Shown here one piece after another: positions 28,355 to 32,000 of a DNA stretch of 32,000 bases (its first letter is position 1; each line of letters starts with the position of its first letter). The notes under the pieces were generated by a model. It made no database searches and was not told where the DNA came from. It was given only the letters and a program-made list of their open reading frames with translations. A program made the position numbers and the translations under genes. Origin of the DNA: Cupriavidus necator (GTDB lineage Bacteria > Pseudomonadota > Gammaproteobacteria > Burkholderiales > Burkholderiaceae). The stretch spans positions 210,001-242,000 of the forward strand of contig NZ_CP066018.1 of NCBI RefSeq assembly GCF_016127575.1, read 5' to 3'.

Positions 28355-29194
28355 CTACCTCAGGCCCGGTCGTGGCGCCATGCTTTCGGCAAAGGTTCCT
28401 AGCCGCGGCATCGCATCCACGGCGTTGCGCCATGTCGCGTGCGCCAGCGTCATCGCATCGATGCCGCGCAATTCAGCCATCACACGCGCCACGCCCGCCA
28501 CCTCCGCCGGCGTGTTGCGCGCCTTGTGCTGTTCGCCGAACTGATCGTCAGACAGCCACGCCGGCGCCATGTCGGGTGCGTCGGTTTCCAGCACCAGCGC
28601 CTCCAGCGGCAGCTCCGTCGCCAGCCGGCGGATCTGCCGCGCACGGCTGAAAGTGACGTTGCCGCCGAAGCCGAGCTTCAGGCCCTGCTCGACAAAGCGC
28701 CGCGCCTGTTCATTGCTGCCGTTGAAGGCGTGGGCAATGCCGCGCTTCACGCCCAGCTTGCGCAGTTGCGCGCCAACCTGGTCCTGCGACTTGCGCACAT
28801 GCAGCAGCACCGGCAGGTCAAATTCGCGCGCAATCTTCAGTTGCTCCGCGTAGAGCCAGGTCTGGTGCTCAGCATCCAGCCCCGCGACGAAGAAGTCGAG
28901 CCCGATCTCGCCGATGCCGACAAAGCGCGGGTCGCCCATGCTCGCCGCCACCTCGCGCCGCAGCGTGTCAAGGTCGGCCTGGCCGGCGCCGGGCGAGCAC
29001 AGCGGATGGATGCCGAGTGCATAGACGCAGCGCACATCGTGGCGCGCCAGCGCGCGCACGGCCTCGAAGTTCCACGCTGCCACCGCCGGCACCACGATGC
29101 CGCGCACGCCGGCGGCCTCGGCCGCGTCGGCCACCTGCTGGCGGTCAGCGTCGAACTCGCTGGCGTCGAGGTGGCAGTGGGTGTCGATCCACAT
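28355..29194 (-). CDS. TatD-family metal-dependent hydrolase/DNase
   Basis: 'WIDTHCHLD' N-terminus, with 'GEIGLD', 'LHVR' and 'ETDAPDM' motifs. It starts 12 nt after the lolD stop. Confidence 0.85.
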   Translation of the reverse strand: MWIDTHCHLDASEFDADRQQVADAAEAAGVRGIVVPAVAAWNFEAVRALARHDVRCVYALGIHPLCSPGAGQADLDTLRREVAASMGDPRFVGIGEIGLDFFVAGLDAEHQTWLYAEQLKIAREFDLPVLLHVRKSQDQVGAQLRKLGVKRGIAHAFNGSNEQARRFVEQGLKLGFGGNVTFSRARQIRRLATELPLEALVLETDAPDMAPAWLSDDQFGEQHKARNTPAEVAGVARVMAELRGIDAMTLAHATWRNAVDAMPRLGTFAESMAPRPGLR

Positions 29195-29206
29195 GGGCCG
29201 GCCCGC

Positions 29207-29939
<733 letters not shown>

Positions 29940-29947
<8 letters not shown>

Positions 29948-31190
29948 AGCGCAGCGCCTCCGCCGGGTTGACGCGGGCGGCACGCCAGCTGGGATAGAGC
30001 GTGGCCAGCGTGGCCAGCACGAAGGAGATGATGCCGATGGTGGCGATGTCGTTCACGCGGGGATCCGAAGGCAGTTCGCTGATGAAATAGATGTCGCGCG
30101 GCAGGAACTGCACGTGCAGCAGCCGCTCGATGAAAGGCACGATCACGTCGATATTGGTGGCGATCAGCGTGCCGCCGGCCACGCCCAGGACGGTGCCGAT
30201 AAAGCCGATGGCCACGCCCTGCACGATAAAGATCTTCATGATCGAGCCCGGCTGCGCGCCCATGGTGCGCAGGATGGCGATATCGGCCTGCTTGTCGGTG
30301 ACGGTCATCACCAGGGTCGACACCAGATTGAACGCGGCCACCGCGATGATCAGCGTCAGGATGATGAACATCATGCGCTTCTCGGTCTGCACCGCGGCAA
30401 ACCAGTTGCGGTTCTGCTTGGACCAGTCGCGCAGGTAGAGCTCGCCCGACATGGTGCCGGCCAGCTCGTTGGCCACCTGCGGCGCGCGCTGCATGTCCTG
30501 CAGCTTCAGGCGCACGCCGGTGGGGCCGCTCAGGCGGAACAGGGTCTCGGCGTCATGCATGTTGACCAGCGCCAGCGCGCTGTCGAACTCGAAGTGCCCG
30601 GACGAGAACACGCCCACCACGGTGAACTGCTTGAGCCGCGGCAGCACGCCCGCCGGCGTGATGGTGCCCTGCGGCGCCACCAGCGTGACCTTGTCGCCGA
30701 CCTGCACGCCCATGGCGTTGGCCAGCTCGTTGCCCAGCGCGATGCCGAAGCCGCCTGGCTCCAGCGCCGTCATGCTGCCGGCCCGGAACTGGCTGCCGAT
30801 GTCGGAGACCTTGGGCTCCTGCGACGGCTCCACGCCGCGCAGCAGCACGCCGCGCACGGCGTCGTCGCGGGTCAGCATGGCCTGGGCCGCGACATAGGGC
30901 GCGGCGCCGGTCACTTCCTTGTTCTGCAAGGCCTCGGCCGCGGTCTTCTGCCAGTCCGGCAGCGCCGACGGGCCGATCACTTCGATATGCGCCAGCACCG
31001 ACAGCATGCGGTCGCGCACTTCCTTCTGGAAGCCGTTCATCACCGACAGCACCACGATCAGCGCGGCCACGCCAAGGGCGATCCCGAACATCGAGATCAT
31101 CGAGATGAACGAAATGAAGGTGTTGCGGCTGGCGCGCTTGCTTGCGCGGGTGTATCGCCAGCCGATCTGCCACTCGTAGGGAAAGTTCAA
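29940..31190 (-). CDS. lolC: Lipoprotein-releasing ABC transporter permease LolC/LolE
   Basis: '[15 protein letters not shown]...[20 protein letters not shown]' is a typical LolC/E N-terminus, with an FtsX C-terminal domain. The TTG start at 31190 has AGGA 8-9 nt upstream and gives 416 aa. The track ORF is over-extended to 31286. Confidence 0.88.
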
Positions 31191-31326
31191 GAGGATTCCT
31201 GTTGTTTCGGGAAAGCGCCGGTGCCCGGTGGAGGGGCGCCGGCGGCACGCATGCGGGCCATCGGGTGCGCCGCCTGCCTCTCGCAAGACTGGCGCCGGCC
31301 AGCCGGGAGTTTACAATCTCGCCACC

Positions 31327-32000
31327 ATGATGACGCACCTGACCCTGATTGTGCCCTTTTCCGTCCCGCCGGGCGCCGGCGACGACGGCCGGGACGATGT
31401 CGTCCCCGGCGCGCTGCTGCGGCAGTTGGAGCTGCCCGCGCTCGGAAAGTTGCTGACCCGGGCCGAGCCCGGCCCGCGCGAGCGGCATGACGACCCCTTC
31501 CTGCGCAGCCTGCCGCAGGAGCGCTGGCTGGCCGGCAAGGCGGGGTTGGACCCGGTCCGGGTGCCGCTGGCGCCCTATATGCGGCTGGCCGACAGTGGCG
31601 GCGCCGTCCCCGCCACCCCCGATGGCCAGTCCTGGACCTGCCTGCAGCCGGTGCACATCCACGCCGCGCGCGATCACCTGGTGCTGATGCCGCCCGCCCA
31701 GCTGGGCATCCGGCCGCAGGAAGCCGCGGCCCTGCGCGCCGCCATCGACGAACTGCTGCTGGAATCGGGCATCGCGCTGGAATCACCCTGCCCGCAGCGC
31801 TGGTACCTGCCCGAAGCCGTATTCGGCCCGCTGGAGGCGACCACGCCGCTGCGCGCGGCGGGCCGCAATATCGATATCTGGATGCAGGCCGGCAAACGCG
31901 CCCGCGACTGGCGCCGCCTGCAGAACGAGATCCAGATGACCTGGTACGACCACCGCGTCAACCAGGCCCGCGAGGCCGCCGGCGAGGCGCCGGTCAATTC
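31327..32000 (+). CDS. Conserved hypothetical protein (5' part; continues past the window end)
   Basis: My own translation from the ATG at 31327 (MMTHLTLIVPFSVPPGAGDD...WTCLQPVHIHAARDHLVL...) runs 224 codons to the window edge without a stop and has strong G/C third-position bias. It is absent from the ORF track because it has no in-window stop. It is divergent from lolC. Confidence 0.6.
   Translation, partial: MMTHLTLIVPFSVPPGAGDDGRDDVVPGALLRQLELPALGKLLTRAEPGPRERHDDPFLRSLPQERWLAGKAGLDPVRVPLAPYMRLADSGGAVPATPDGQSWTCLQPVHIHAARDHLVLMPPAQLGIRPQEAAALRAAIDELLLESGIALESPCPQRWYLPEAVFGPLEATTPLRAAGRNIDIWMQAGKRARDWRRLQNEIQMTWYDHRVNQAREAAGEAPVN

Overview
High-GC betaproteobacterial chromosomal DNA. Gene content and order look Burkholderiaceae-like (Cupriavidus/Ralstonia type). 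I support 29 protein-coding genes, and all appear intact. The core housekeeping block on the minus strand is pyrG-kdsA-DUF1330-eno-ftsB. An Entner-Doudoroff module has edd and gntK divergent from hexR. A third block is lolC-lolD-tatD followed by comEC. Other genes are hslO, a gamma-carbonic-anhydrase-like protein, a DUF455 ferritin-like protein, a TrxR-type ferredoxin-NADP reductase and a PHP phosphoesterase. A small accessory-looking cluster holds an alpha/beta hydrolase, an acyl-CoA synthetase, a LysR regulator, a serine hydrolase and an MFS transporter. I found no rRNA, tRNA, CRISPR array, transposase or integrase. The most system-like content is a complete Anbu operon at 17353-21673 on the minus strand: circularly permuted ATP-grasp, alpha-E, transglutaminase-like and N-terminal-Thr proteasome-type peptidase. 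A tightly appended alpha/beta hydrolase gene follows it. This gene family is already described, but to my knowledge its substrate and physiological role are unproven, so it is the best candidate here for unexplored biology. Most other long ORFs in the six-frame track are antisense or out-of-frame artefacts of GC-rich DNA. Several track ORFs are over-extended at the 5' end, and I re-set those starts from Shine-Dalgarno context and family N-termini. One real ORF (31327 to the window end, plus strand) is missing from the track because it runs off the window. All product calls come from my recognition of the translated sequences. No database search was run.
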